Assembly: GCA_053919585.1 (NCBI GenBank) | Contig: CM132806.1 | From: Euprymna scolopes | Lineage: Eukaryota | Reading direction: 5' to 3' (one strand) | Length of the DNA: 64,000 nt | In this document: one piece after another, positions 1 through 13,086 of the stretch | Layout of the letters: each line of letters begins with the position of its first letter | Position numbering within the stretch: position 1 is the stretch's first letter | The notes under the pieces: model-generated | The model's database searches: none | Told to the model about the DNA's origin: nothing | The model's input: only the letters and a program-made list of their open reading frames with translations | Translations under genes and position numbers: made by a program

Positions 1-1042
1 GCCCAGCGTATTAATGCTAGAGTCCCTCAAGGGTCCACCCTGGGCCCAACTCTTTTCCTGATCTACATCAATGATCTCCCTAAACACATACTTAAATCAT
101 TCGTTGACATCTATGCTGATGACACGACCATCTACAGCAACACACCAAAGGCTGTAAATGACAAAGCTCTCTCTGATTATCTCTCCTCTGATCTCGAGCG
201 CGTGGTTCAGTGGGGGAAGACGTGGCTGGTTACCTTTAATGCATCTAAAACCAAACTCCTATCTTTACATCATCAACGCTCTGATCCCCATCTGGCATCA
301 ATTGAAATGGATGGCTCTCGTCTAGGAGAAGCCCTATGTTTTGACAAGCTTCTGGGCTTGACCTTCCCTCCTGATCTGAAATTGAACACGTACATCAAGT
401 CTGTTGCCAAGGTCGCTGGAAAGATGGTAGGATCATTCTACCGATCCAGAATATATCCCACTACTGTTGCAATTCTCTGTCTATATAAAAGCCAAGTACG
501 TCCAAGGATGGAATACTGCTTCCATATCTGGACAGGAGCTGCTAAAAACAGCCTATCCTGCCTTGCCAGAGTACAAAATAGACTTCATGGCATAGTGGGG
601 GATGTCCTTTTCTCTTTCCTGCAACCTCTCTCCCACAGAAGAGACACCTATGTTTGTTTAATCGTTATTTCCATGGCAGGTACTCGTCTGAACTCAAATC
701 TCTGGTCCCCTCGCCTATCTTTTACGAAAAACACCCGTCTAGCTGAATCCACTGTCAAAAACTTTCCCCATTTTTTATCTATGCCTAAATCACAACGTAT
801 AATCCATGAACAAAGCTTCTTTCTTAGAACTACACGCCTGTGGAACTCTGTTCCGTCTGCCTGCTTCCCACCTGACTACAACCTGGATGTCTTCAAGTCC
901 AACGGAAACAAACTCCTGATGAACCGCCCCCTTAAGAAGACACTTTATTAATTCTCCGCACTAACGTACTGTACTTACAATAACCCTTATTCCTGAGTGA
1001 CTTCCGGGCCTAGATAAGTGGTGACCACTTTGTAAAAAAAAA
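1..1042 (+). mobile_element. Non-LTR retrotransposon (CR1/L2-group LINE), 3' part of RT ORF plus 3' UTR and poly(A); decayed, cut by window edge
   Basis: Encodes VPQGSTLGPTLFLIYINDL...YADDTT at the start. ORF 202-951 is the RT C-terminal region. Ends in an A-run at 1034-1042 and is colinear with the copy at ~58620-59663. Confidence 0.92.
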
Positions 1043-3049
1043 GATACTTTGATTTTAATTGAAAACGTTAAGTATTGATTTGTTTGAGATAGCCAATGTA
1101 TGCTTCTGTCCATTAATTGCCAGGCATCAAAATTGTGACTATTGAGTTGAAACTTCGTATAATGGGTAAAAATGGGTTAGAATAAATTATGTAAAAAGAA
1201 AACGTTATTTATTTTATTTAAAAAGCTAAATATTGATTCTCCCATAAATAGGCCACTAAGTACATGTGATATATTTTAGAAATCAATAAGACTATACATT
1301 AAAGATAAAATTTTCACATTTTGGTAAGAAGCAAAGATTTATATTACACTTCTTTGGCAATACGTTTGTAGCTTACTATTGGAAAACTCGTTTATATAAG
1401 TTTTACACCATCTAGCAAATAAAAGTTTAGCAAATTTCCCAAGAATTTTTAAAAGAGTTTAAATAAACTCTCGGAGAGCAGTTGATGAATACAGATGTAA
1501 TTAATCGTTTCCTCGGAGTAATTACTAGAGATTATCACAGAATTTAAATATAAATTTGATGGTGTCTTATTAATAGGACAGTGGGATCTAATGTGCTAAT
1601 ACTTTAAGATATTTATTGTAATGTTCCGTCGTGTCTGTTATTCTCGAATTAGCAGAAAAACTGTGTTGAGCGAGGATCTATACTCCCATCTGTCTGAAGA
1701 CATGGCATGATATTACCATATACCTAATATTGTCTTAAGTTCATATTTCATATTTATTTTTGGCGTAAGGTCCAAGGATTACACGATCGAGGGAAATCAT
1801 CTACAGGGACTTTTATTGAACTTTATCGATTATGTTTAGGAATTTTTCAGATGAGGATTTATAATTTGTATTATCTTTACTTATTTATAAAATACACTTT
1901 GTGTGTTTAAATGTGTGTGTATATATGCGTTTATGTGTGAGCGAGTTCGTTTCCTATAGACTCGGAAACAGTCGTACCAATACTTTAAAAACTTTACACA
2001 ATAACAGCTTATGTGTTTGTCTGCATTCTTCTAAAAGTTTTGTATCAGAACACTCCTGATAAGTATCGGAAATCGATAATCGCTAATCGAAATAATCCGA
2101 TCAAAGAACAAACAGCTCGATTTTGATCAAAATTAACACTCTGATATTAACTAGCATCTTAAATGAATTTTATAAGTTTTATCACCGCAACAGTAGGTTC
2201 TTTGATAAGACAAGGATGCGTTCAAAATGAATGTTTCTGTTTAAAGCACCATTGAACGATGATACTTAACCTTTGTATTTAAAATTTTAATTCAAATCAT
2301 TACATAAATATAAAACTAATTTTATACAATCAACTGAAGGTTCTCTACAGTGCAATCTAAATTACAATCTATTGTGGACTAAGCCACTGCTGGGATGAAT
2401 TTGATGCATCCTCCCGGTGCACCGTGTTAAGTCCCTGACTAGAGCAGGCAATCAATCGATTGGATTGAAAAATGGATAATTCCACCGATTCGATGACAAT
2501 GAAAGTATTGAAAGTTTAGAACATTCGTTGATCCCCATTAAATCCCGATCAACGTCGGGTCTCCCTGCTAGTATGAATTATTCTAATTACTATATCATTT
2601 TGAATTGTTATTTTCACGTTTTTTTTTGACCGATGTAACATTCGACGCACTTATTGTCAAACTCATGAATCTTCCTAGCGTAACAGATAAAGTACTAAAG
2701 TAATAATCAATTCTAAGTTACAGTTTTATGGAGGTTGACGGTTCAATTCTCAGTCTGGGCGATACTAAGGATACAATTATAAATAATACGTTTATTAAAT
2801 GAAACGGTTTCGTTTCAATTTCCCTACAGATCGCCGAGTTTTATAGAAACATTTATTCTCGCTTTAAAGAACAGCATCAAAGATGAGAACACTTTATAAG
2901 TTATCCAAATCGTACATCTCTTTTTAATCGATTTTTATTCCTGAAGCACTAAACGTTCTGGTCTTAATTCTAGAGAATAGATAATACCCAAGTTTTAACA
3001 CCTCTGCAACTACATTTATTTTCACTAGCAACACACGTTTTCTTATTTT

Positions 3050-3428
3050 GCTTCAATTGAAATGTATCTCTTGTCCTGATGAAACCTCTTGCTTTGATAA
3101 GCTCCTTTCAGTCAAAGCATTAAATGGAAGACTTACAACATATGCGTTTTCGGAGAAAGAATGGTCGGATAATTCCATCGGCACAGGAAATAATTTAATC
3201 CTGATGCAATCTTGTACCTGTAAAGGAGTCACATAGTACTACGATGGAGTAATGATGTCACTATCTTTTTGTTTATAATACAAAATCGACTTCGCAATGT
3301 AGTGGGTTAAGATCAATTCTCTTCTCCAAAACTCCTTTCTCATAGATGAGTCGTTGCTAGTTTTTCAATACCTTTTTGCTATTTCGATGTGGATGCTAAA
3401 CTGAGCTGTACTCCCTAGATCTTCCTCA
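3050..3428 (+). mobile_element. Highly decayed fragment of the same LINE family
   Basis: gatgaaacctcttgctttgataagctc and later tracts resemble the EAPCFDKLL...RR.VASL region of the 57979-59663 copy. Confidence 0.55.
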
Positions 3429-3865
3429 TCTATAATATAAATCTTACCTGTCTGTTTAAATGCATTATGTATGTATGCATGTTTGTATGCCCGCCTAAAA
3501 CTTTCGACAGAGGCGACAGATTTTCACAAGATTGGTATCATTTTGAAGCTCGACATCTCTGACGACAAATATCGAAAATTAGGCCAAAAACATTACTCCC
3601 CCTACCCTCAACTGGCAGTTTTCTACAAGGAGGTGTCGATTTTTGCGATCTATTTTTTGACAGTTATCGTATCGGTTCGATTGATTTTGCCTAATTTTAA
3701 CGTTCCGAACTTCCGTCGCGTCATTGAGTTGCGGTAAGACGTCAGATTTGTTTCACTTGCTTTTCCGCTTTCTCGCCACGGGTTCGAGCCTACCTGCCTA
3801 CTACCACCTTTTTTTTTTCAACACACACCTCCAAATACTCGGGCAACGCCGGGCACTCAGGCTAG
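3429..3865 (+). mobile_element. Non-autonomous Helitron
   Basis: Starts A|TC. Ends with the hairpin ctcgggcaacgccggg followed by CTAG|T, the canonical Helitron termini inserted between A and T. Confidence 0.75.
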
Positions 3866-3908
3866 TCTAAAATAAATAATAATGAGTTATCTTGCTATCG
3901 TTAATTAT

Positions 3909-4150
3909 TAAGACCCTACGACTATAGCGATTAAGTTAACTAGTGTTAATTTTGACAATTGTCACACTGAGTGTATGCTAACCTACATTTGTAACACAGG
4001 AGTTTAATGAAAGATGGGTGACGTAAATTTGAGGCAGGCGGTAGTAGGTCAAACGGTAAATAAAACAGAGTTGAACGATGACGACTAACGCCACGTTTCT
4101 AGCCGATTAAAACACACGTTTTCAAATTAGTCTCTACGTGGAAACCGTGC
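3909..4150. repeat. Dispersed repeat, second copy at ~30835-31110
   Basis: Shared tracts gaccctac..atagcgatt and aatg.aa.atgg.tgacgtaaa...caaacggt....aac.gg.gttgaac.atga. Confidence 0.6.
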
Positions 4151-4856
4151 GGACGTTGCACTACTAATAACAGCGTTTTTTTTCGCAAGAACTTCTGTCC
4201 GTTGAACACATTATGCTTATAACCTTTATGCTTCACTGTAGACTACGATATAGTCGTCTTCAAATCTTATGTTAAGAAATAAGTAATGAAACTTTGTTAA
4301 TTGCATTCATCATTTTTAATTCTCTTAAGATATTTTTCATCATTCAACTCACATACCATCCATCGAATTAGTTTTTGGTCTGGATAAGTTGTGAATCATT
4401 AGTAAAAAAAAAATCATTCAACTTCCGTAGAGCTTTGCATTTATCATTTTCAAATAATATGTAGTATCGTGTACGAAAGAATAAGCCGATAAGTTATTAA
4501 CAAATAGTTGCTAATTTTAGCCTAATAAAAAAAGAAAATACTATAAAATCGGTGCAGGGATATCTTTTGAATCGGACAAAAGACAATTTTCTTCTTCACT
4601 GTTTACGTAAATAATTGTAAGATGCCAAAACGCTTATAGAATCAGAAGGCGAGAAAAGTAGAAAAAGGTTTTGATAATTTCCAACATCTAAAAACAAGTG
4701 GAAAACAAAATAAAAAACAAAAACAAATAAACAACAAGTAACTGTTACCAAAGGCAATAAAAGTAAGCTAAACTTAATTTACGGTAAAATAGGATACCGT
4801 TTTGTCTGTTTCCAAAAGCGAGACAGCACTGAAATAAAAAATATTTTAAATATCTC

Positions 4857-4859
<3 letters not shown>

Positions 4860-4933
<74 letters not shown>
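4860..4933. repeat. (TA)n microsatellite. Similar tracts at ~10528-10613, 12220-12284, 12873-12909, 16166-16224, 16477-16520, 17269-17330, 17519-17567, 19600-19682, 30274-30300, 51773-51802, 63503-63556
   Basis: Seen directly in the sequence. Confidence 0.98.
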
Positions 4934-5309
4934 ATTGTTGTGTCTTTATTTTTTTGTAAAATATAAACAATTTTTACATGAAAATAAACATACGATACGC
5001 ATTTTTCTCATTTTAACTGCTGTTTCATTGCTTTTACTGTTGAAAATATTATTCATTTTGATTTTTTTATGCAGGTTTGTTTTCATTTATTTTTTTCTCT
5101 GGCTATTTAAGTAATTCTACGTTGACATTAGTTAAGTTTTGTCTAGTTCAAAAGTTGCACCACTACAGTATATTGAAAAAAAATTAAGAGAACAATACGG
5201 TGCCAACAGCATAAGATACACGTGGAGATTAAACTGAAACTAATAGAAGGCTGAAATATCCAACTACTGATACGATGGCTTCTTTTTTTTTCTTTTATAG
5301 ATTGGAAAG

Positions 5310-5379
5310 ATGGAGGTGTCAAAATCACTTTTACTGCTGCTCATGGCTTTCTTATACATTGGAAATGTCAGCATAATGG
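5310..5379 (+). CDS. Coding exon 1 of EGF / Caspr-fibrinogen-like gene: signal peptide MEVSKSLLLLLMAFLYIGNVSIM(G)
   Basis: Polypyrimidine tract with tag acceptor at 5299-5300 (exon starts 5301, implying an upstream UTR exon). ATG at 5310, hydrophobic core, donor G|gtaaga, phase 1 matching the next exon. Confidence 0.8.
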
Positions 5380-5551
5380 GTAAGATATGCATTTCAAACT
5401 TTTACTGAAATTAATTTTAAGTAAATTAATGGCATTTGATTTAAAATTTCGCATTTATTAAAAAAAACAAACAAGAACGACACTAAACGTATAGTTTAAT
5501 CGCGTTTCAGAAGTTTTAAAATGAGGTCTTATTATTTATATTATTGTATTA

Positions 5552-5745
5552 TTTGAACTATTACGCATCTAACAAGCAGTATAGTATACAAACATAGTAT
5601 TTGGACTATGGCAACTGTAAGAAACAGTATAGTATACGAACATAATATGTGGATTATTACACCTGTAACAAACAGTATAGTATACAAACATAATATTTGT
5701 ACTATTACACTTGTAACAAACAGTATAGAATACAAACATAAGACA
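5552..5745. repeat. 48-bp minisatellite, ~4 copies (actattacacctgtaacaaacagtatagtatacaaacatagtatttgg)
   Basis: Visible tandem unit; the same unit recurs at 9790-9962. Confidence 0.9.
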
Positions 5746-6818
5746 TTCAATTTTCTTGCTCTGAACTGCTCTACTATGGAGTACAATACCGTAGCGCTGT
5801 TTCACAGCTGAATACAACATGATCGTTGACAATGGAAACAAATTCTTGTTGAGATGTTCATCTCCAATACTCTAATCCTACCCAAATTGTACACTTTTTT
5901 GATCCTATCAATCCTTACGGGTCACCTGGCAATAATTAATCCTTATCCTAGAGTGGTCTCTAGTAAAAAAAAATCGTATTGGATGCTGTTTTAATAAAGT
6001 TCTGTTTGATTTAACCTACAATGTTCTTCAAATACATTCTGTCAAACTCGGGAATCTGTTCTGAATTCATAAATGATTTATTTAATACGCGGAGGTAGAT
6101 TTTTCTCGTTCTGTCCGTCATGATTGATTATAATAAGTCTTCTGTGGAATATTTTAAAAAAATTCTTATTACCACTTGTAATCAAGATTGAACCTTCACC
6201 CTATCCAACACTGTTTAGAACTTATTATTACTGAACACTTTCATCTGTTGTGCCAGGTAATCGGTTAAAACATGTACTAATATAAACAGACCATTAGTGT
6301 CCAACCAGGACATTCTTAGTTAATTCAATGAACATACGTTGATTACAGCTGTTTCGCACCTATAAAGACGACTCGATTACATTGGATAATGAATAAATGT
6401 TTTTTTTTCACCATTTCTTATCTAGATTAGAGTGTGACGTGTAGATTGTTCCCAGCAGAAGAGTTTAGGAACAACAACGATGTGCGCACGGCGTCTTGGA
6501 TTGTTCAAATATTTGGAATTTCTCGCACATGCTGGCCTTGTCCAATACTCTGTGATTTTACGGTTACTTCTGATTTGCCATTATCTTTGACGAAACCAGT
6601 TTTATCTCGCAATCTCTTACAAAGAAAATGGAATGAACTTCCTCGTCTGATTAAAGCTGACTATTTTGAATATTCCTTCTTGCACTTTCTCTATATGACA
6701 TCGTTAAACATAAAACATTTAATGCATTAAGGATTCGTAAATGTTTTAAGGCAACTCATTATTCAATGCCGTTATTTGGAACCCGCCTTGAGACAAGCAC
6801 ATCAAGTCGTATTCTTAT

Positions 6819-7741
6819 TAGTTTTGGGACCATTAATCGGAATCGGAATCGGGCATTGGAAACGTTTGAACTTTTGTGGGTATCAAAATCGGTATCGGAA
6901 AAAAATTGAATTTTTGTGGTAATCGGAATCGGTGTCGGAATCGGTATCGGAATCGAGAAAATTAATGACTATTTTCCGATGCATGAAATGATTCCTATGA
7001 TGATTTATTTTTTGGATTTATTTTGCGTAAAACTTAATTTTTCAACGCTAGCACAAGTGAAACGTATGTTGCGCAGTCGGTTTTTCGTCACCCAGAAAAA
7101 AAAACAAAAACTTGTACACTTCGTTTTTGTATAAAAATATAGAACCTTTTATTTTCCGTTTCTTTATTTACTGCCTCATGTGCGTGCCCAGCAATAGACA
7201 GAGAGTATGGACGGGAAGGTGGACGGGTAGAACCACGAGCTTGTGCTTGCATGCTGACTGCAGGCTTCTCTCTTCTGTTGTCTTTTTTCTCTGGACTATA
7301 TATGTGACCCTCTCTTTGCAGGTGCTCTCACCTTCGACGGTTACCATGCATCAAATAGTTGACTTTTCAGTACTGAGGATATCAATTCCGACAACCTGAC
7401 CACATCGTCCACTACGTTTGCTACAAGATGTTATGCGTGCATTTGCGTGTGTGCACCTTTAACGCGTGACACAAATGATTAAAATGATCTTTTGATTTTA
7501 AACTAGCAATGAAATTAAAATCTCTCAATTACTCCAAAAGTGTATGTTTTATGTTTGCAAAAATATATGCATATAATACATTGGCTGTTACGGTAATCTG
7601 AAAAAAAATAATAAAAAACAATAAACTACATATTTAAATATTTTAAAAGAATCGGAATCGGTAATTTTATCCTAATCAGGAATTCACAATAGAATCGGTA
7701 ATTGTATTGGAATCGGAAAAATTGGATTTGTCCCATCACTA
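6819..7741. mobile_element. hAT-like non-autonomous element with internal (aatcgg)n subterminal repeats
   Basis: Imperfect TIRs tagttttgggac / gtcccatcacta. Flanks attcttat and ctacttat match at 6 of 8 positions (decayed 8-bp TSD). aatcgg arrays near both ends. Confidence 0.55.
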
Positions 7742-7824
7742 CTACTTATGAAAGAATGTTTATAAATATAAAGGTATATTTTGCAAAGTTACAGAGACTT
7801 TATTATAAGGATCTGTTAACAAAA

Positions 7825-8732
7825 CAGTATGGAACGATAAAATTGCGGCCATGGAAAACACGACATGATTCCATTTCCGTTTGGTGAAAACCAGTTTTCA
7901 TTGTTGCAGACGTTATGTACAAATCTCAAAAGCGATATGAGCCTTCTATCATATCTAAAAGTGACACCGTGTTCAACGAGCGAGATCAGAGATGCGTCGC
8001 TGTACAACTCATGCTCTCTACGGATCGAAGTTGTGACAAGAGGACGATTGCTAGCACCCTCAAAATGAATCGTTGGGTTGCCACGAATAACAGGAACGTA
8101 CCCAAGGCAATGAAAACAAAGTTTCTGATCACGGTTATGGTCTTCGGTTTGGTTCCAAGTGAGGGTCATATCATACCACCTCACATCTTCGAATTCAGCT
8201 TGAAAGTCAATACCAAAGTGTATTTACATGTGCTGAATAGTGTGGTGACACTTTGATGGAATCAGGTGGCCGCTGGCAGACCCTGGATGTGCGAGCAAGA
8301 GTCAGCGTCAGCCCACAAGTCTAAAGAGACAGAGGCTTAACTTTAGAAGGAGTGCTACGACTTTGTACTCTACTCTCATCGGCACCCCTCTTCCCCCGAC
8401 CTGAACCTGCTGGACTACTGTGTTTTAACATATGTCAAGGTTATCACCAACATTACCCTCCCCCCACAACACCAAAAACCAGCTTGATCGTTGTCATCCG
8501 CCAAGTATTCGCTGAGCTCCCGCCGAGCTCCCACCGGCGCTTGTGGAAAAGGCATGCTTTCTGTTCTGGACTCGTCTCGAAGCGGTGATTAGGGCTGAAG
8601 GCGGCTATATTGAATATATATCAGCTATTCTACATAAGAAATTAAACTAAATTGATGTTTTTCAATAAAAATTTTAAAAATAAAGTTGTAATGTTGTTTT
8701 CATTAGAGCGACACTTTTATCGTTCCACCCCG
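7825..8732 (+). mobile_element. Tc1/mariner-superfamily (DD37D/maT-like) element, internally deleted transposase remnant
   Basis: TIRs tggaacgataaaa / ttttatcgttcca with ta after the right end. Remnant motifs MVFGLV.SEGH..PP.IF and SPDLNLLDYCV. Confidence 0.8.
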
Positions 8733-9449
8733 TACTTAGGGTTTTACTCGGAGATTTAAAGGGTGTAAGAGACACGTGTATATCTATTATTAAATTAATT
8801 TATTACATATAGGAACGTGAAATTTAAGATCCTCTATCTAATCGTATAATTCTGAATAGATCATATAACTATTTATATTTCTAGTAGGATTGTGATGCGA
8901 TTCGAACAAACGTCAGCAATACAACTGCCTCTTTTTACTGCCTCCTCTGTTTTCTTTTGCTTCTTTGGAATACACTATCTTCTTCACTTCCAAATGCAAG
9001 TTTTCACACGAATGTGTTAACTTAATATTTCTGAAATGGCCCTTTTCGAATTGATTACGCTATGTGCTGATCCTGTGCAGTTCTAGGAGACCAACCTCCA
9101 TAAAATTTATCTTCTCTCTTCGAAATTGGGGTTAGTTTTTTTTACTAATCGCCGTAGGCTCCCCTATCGCGGAATCCCGACACGTCTACCTAGACATATC
9201 TTGCAGGCTGAGGTGCTTCTTCTCGATGGCGTTGATTCTTCATATTTCACTTTCCGAACCTTGAGTCACATCTCGTCGCAGGAAGGATGTAAATAATCAA
9301 CCCAGTAGCAATATTGAAATGCGCATGCGTAAAAAAACAAGAATCATAGCAAGTTATTTTATATGTACGATGAAACTTACGCACATAATGAAAAACAAAT
9401 TTCAAACAAGATCTTTTATATAACTTGTTTCATGTGGTCTTTTTTCCAG

Positions 9450-9602
9450 GTGAACAATATGGTTGCTCACTTCATGAGTTTGTTACTTGCCACCCACGGG
9501 CTAAGTGTATCGACCTGCCCGACGGCACATTCAATTGCATATGTCCAGAGAATTCAATTGGAGACGGCCTAAAGGGAGAAAATCATACTGGATGCGTTAT
9601 TG
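9450..9602 (+). CDS. Coding exon 2: EGF-like module 1 (EQYGCSLHEFVTCHPRAKCIDLPDGTFNCICPENSIGDGLKGENHTGCVI)
   Basis: tttttccag acceptor and gtaagt donor. 153 nt, phase 1-1, six Cys in EGF spacing. Confidence 0.93.
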
Positions 9603-9789
9603 GTAAGTTATAGATATATGTCTTAATGGCAAAACATATTAGTAGTGTTACTATAATTATTAACAAAATGTATTAGTATTATTACTGCAGTTTCTATCTA
9701 CTTTGCCTCCTCAGGAGGGCAGAGTTAGACTCCAAAGTTGTTTTTTAATGTGGAAAAAGTAAAAACAATTACAAATTGTCTCAGTAACT

Positions 9790-9962
9790 TAACAGGAACA
9801 AACAGTATAGTATAAAGACATAGTATTTTGACTATTACACCTGTAACAAACAGTATAGTATACAAATATAGTATTTGGACTATTACACCTGTAACAAACA
9901 CTATAGTATACAAACATACTAATTGAACTAATACACCAGTAACAAACAGTATAGTATACAAT
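9790..9962. repeat. 48-bp minisatellite, ~3.5 copies, same unit and orientation as 5552-5745
   Basis: Seen directly in the sequence. Confidence 0.9.
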
Positions 9963-10525
9963 AACTAAGGACAAAAAATTGAACAGATACTACTCTTTGT
10001 ATCTTGGCCCGAAGGCCAATGAATCTCTTATGGTTTTAAGAGTATTATTTTTATAGTTATTGGTAAATTAAGATATTTATATCTTATAACAAGCAGTTAA
10101 TAGTAAATTTTCGAAAGACACGAATGAATAAATTTGAATCCAAAGAGAAATATAGTTTGCTTGAAGCATTACTGAAAAACATGTGAGTATTTTACAATTA
10201 TTGCATGAAACCAGAACAGAGAAAGAGAATACGAACAAAACAAAGAATAGAATACAAAATTTAGATGACCAATCTTCAGATAATCTTATTTATCAAAAGA
10301 TTTTTCACATATCGAATCAGTAATTATGGGATTACTGTTTTATAATAATAAAAATATGTGGGATGGGGTAACATCTTTGACAATTGCTAACCCTAACCCT
10401 AACGCTCGCTCCTTAAAATGCATTCAACAGTAGACGACGAAAAACAATAATTTCAATTACTGAACTTACCATACATTTAACCATACTTTGAAATTTAACC
10501 ATATAGTGCAACGAAAAAAAAAATC

Positions 10526-10617
<92 letters not shown>

Positions 10618-12219
10618 TATACTTGTTATTCATTAGAAGTCTAATATATATGTATATTTGCTTTTATGAATAGTTTCTCATTCCCGCTAATGACGATTTG
10701 ATTGCTCTATCCACGAAAAAAAGTGGATGGATTTAAATCGTGATTCCTATTTTAAGCTTGCAAAATCGTCATTTGCCATCTCTTTATGTAATTGTAATTG
10801 CAAACAAATGCATTTATCTTCCAAGCTTTTAAATGAAAATTGACGTTTTCGTTTGTTTTCTCATATCTACGCGAATCTTTTATCGTCTTACAAAATGGGC
10901 TTTAAGCGTTCTTTCTTTACGAATGGATACGTTTGAATTGCGCCCGACTCCAGTTTTGAATCCAGAACAACTGCCCACCTATCTATCATCCGCCATTTTG
11001 TTTCCCGTTTCCCTTGCACAAAGACAAAGCAAGTTGTTTTCTCGTTATATACCTATGTTATTTTATTCTACATATCTGCTAATGTGACAGCGATCGCAGT
11101 TTTTAAATATAAATAAAAACATTGAAATAAGCGAATTATCAGATGGTAATAACATTTTAAGTATTCATTTTCATAAATGATTAATAGCCATTAAAATAGA
11201 CTGGCAAGATTAACCGACATTGCGACGATTTATGAAAAAGAAAACAAACGAAAACAAAATGCAATTATAGAAGTTTAAACTAAAATATACTTTCTTGATC
11301 GTTTGGCTAGGATCTAAGGGTAGTATTTGTTCTGTCTACAGATGGTATAATGATATCGTGGCGTCTATACAATAGAAATATATCACAAACTTTTATAAGG
11401 ATATTAGAGATAAACCGTAATAACCAGATATATTGTGGCACTACATTAATCAGATTATTTAGACAAATACTTTTACTGTTTTAGCAAAAGAGCTACAAAA
11501 ATATCGTGGGGCCTCCATTCACGCTGAATGTCGACAGAATGCCCAGCAGCAATATATTAAATATGAAAGATGCCGCTTTGGAATTTCCACAGGTCCCGTT
11601 AGTTTATACAAATAAAATTATAAGTGTAACCATTAAAAGTATTTTCATTCCTTTACATACAATTTTATACAGCGGCCATATTGTAATAATTGGGTCCATT
11701 ACTCAGAACTAGGACACAAATATGGTGTACTTACGTGATATTTCCCCTTAAATGTAAAACTTAAATATTTTTGCATCCAGCAATCTGTTTTTCTATCTTT
11801 GTCTTCAAATTTTTTCCGTTTTTTTACTCCCCCTCTCCCTTCCTCCACCAATCGCATTCCTCTCTTTTGTTTTAATGTATTGAAAATAATTACAGTATAA
11901 GGTTTTCATCTCGATTTTATATAATAGATAATATGATAAAAACAACCTGATTCCCCTGAGGAAATTTGACCCAATTGACTCCCAAAGAATGTATAATTAT
12001 TTTTAACTTTTAGATATTATTTTCTGGAATATGTTAACTTTGTGGGTATTTGTTTTGTAGTTTTTTTACATTTACTTTGCATTCTTTGTCTTGCATATAA
12101 TAAAACGTCTAGATTTGAAATTTAACCGTGTCATATCATAAAAATTAAGTTACTAAATTATGGTATATATATATATATTTAACCGTTTCACATCATAAAA
12201 ATTAAGTTACAAATTATGG

Positions 12220-12283
<64 letters not shown>

Positions 12284-12869
12284 TCCCATACTTTAGGAAC
12301 ATAAATTGTATGATGTGAAACGGTAAAATTTCAAATCTATAATTTTTATTATATGCAAGACGAATAATATATTTCAATAAATATATCTCCTTAACGTATA
12401 GGTTTTCGATGTTTACCTATATCCTCAGAGGAAAAAATATTAGCAAATATTATATGGCTTATATCCAATTTGCTAAATGTAATAAACATAGAAAATCATA
12501 ATTAAAAGTTTGTAAAGTTTTTAAATGATAGTAAGGGAAATTATATATGAGTTCAGAATGAAAAGGATATTGAATTTCGCATCCAAATTGAATGGTAATC
12601 TTGACGTGAGAGTATTAGGTAGCAGGGAGGGAAGAGGATCCAATGTATATCGTAAATCTTTCAAGAGACAGGGTAACAATCCGAAGTAGGCATGGTTCCT
12701 TGGTTTCTCCTTTGGTTCGATGAGATATTCGGTGAATATAGCAGTCCAGTGAAGATGCTTATATTTTCATGATGTTTATATTTTGTATTGCCTTTATAAA
12801 ATATTACAGCCAATAATATTTTGTAAGACCGATAATCACTGGATTTACATCCTAGGAGATTTATTGCAT

Positions 12870-12918
<49 letters not shown>

Positions 12919-12963
12919 CGTGTATCAAATGATGTATAATGGTATAATTTCTTATTTCCATAG

Positions 12964-13086
12964 AGGGTGAACGAATTGCGTGCATCGACAACAGCACATG
13001 CCATAAGACCTTGGGTTTCTGCAGTGTCAGCAACTTCTGTGAATGCATGGTCGGGTTCACGGGCGATGGTGTTTCCGATTGTAAAG
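12964..13086 (+). CDS. Coding exon 3: EGF-like module 2 (GERIACIDNSTCHKTLGFCSVSNFCECMVGFTGDGVSDCK)
   Basis: ttatttccatag acceptor and gtaagt donor. 123 nt, phase 1-1, CxC..GFTGDG..C motif. Confidence 0.93.

Noticed and set aside
4779-4970. YIYIYI, HTHT and NNNN ORFs here and throughout
   Set aside because: Translations of (TA)n, (CA)n and (TAA)n microsatellites.
5030-5080. Possible upstream non-coding exon ending at gcag|gtttgt (5074)
   Set aside because: Plausible, but the same bases also read as an acceptor. It cannot be supported without transcripts.
5541-5841. Cys/Tyr-rich repeat ORFs (also 9725-9974)
   Set aside because: Translations of the 48-bp minisatellite.
10387-10403. Telomere-like ctaaccctaaccctaac
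   Set aside because: Fewer than three units, so not meaningful.
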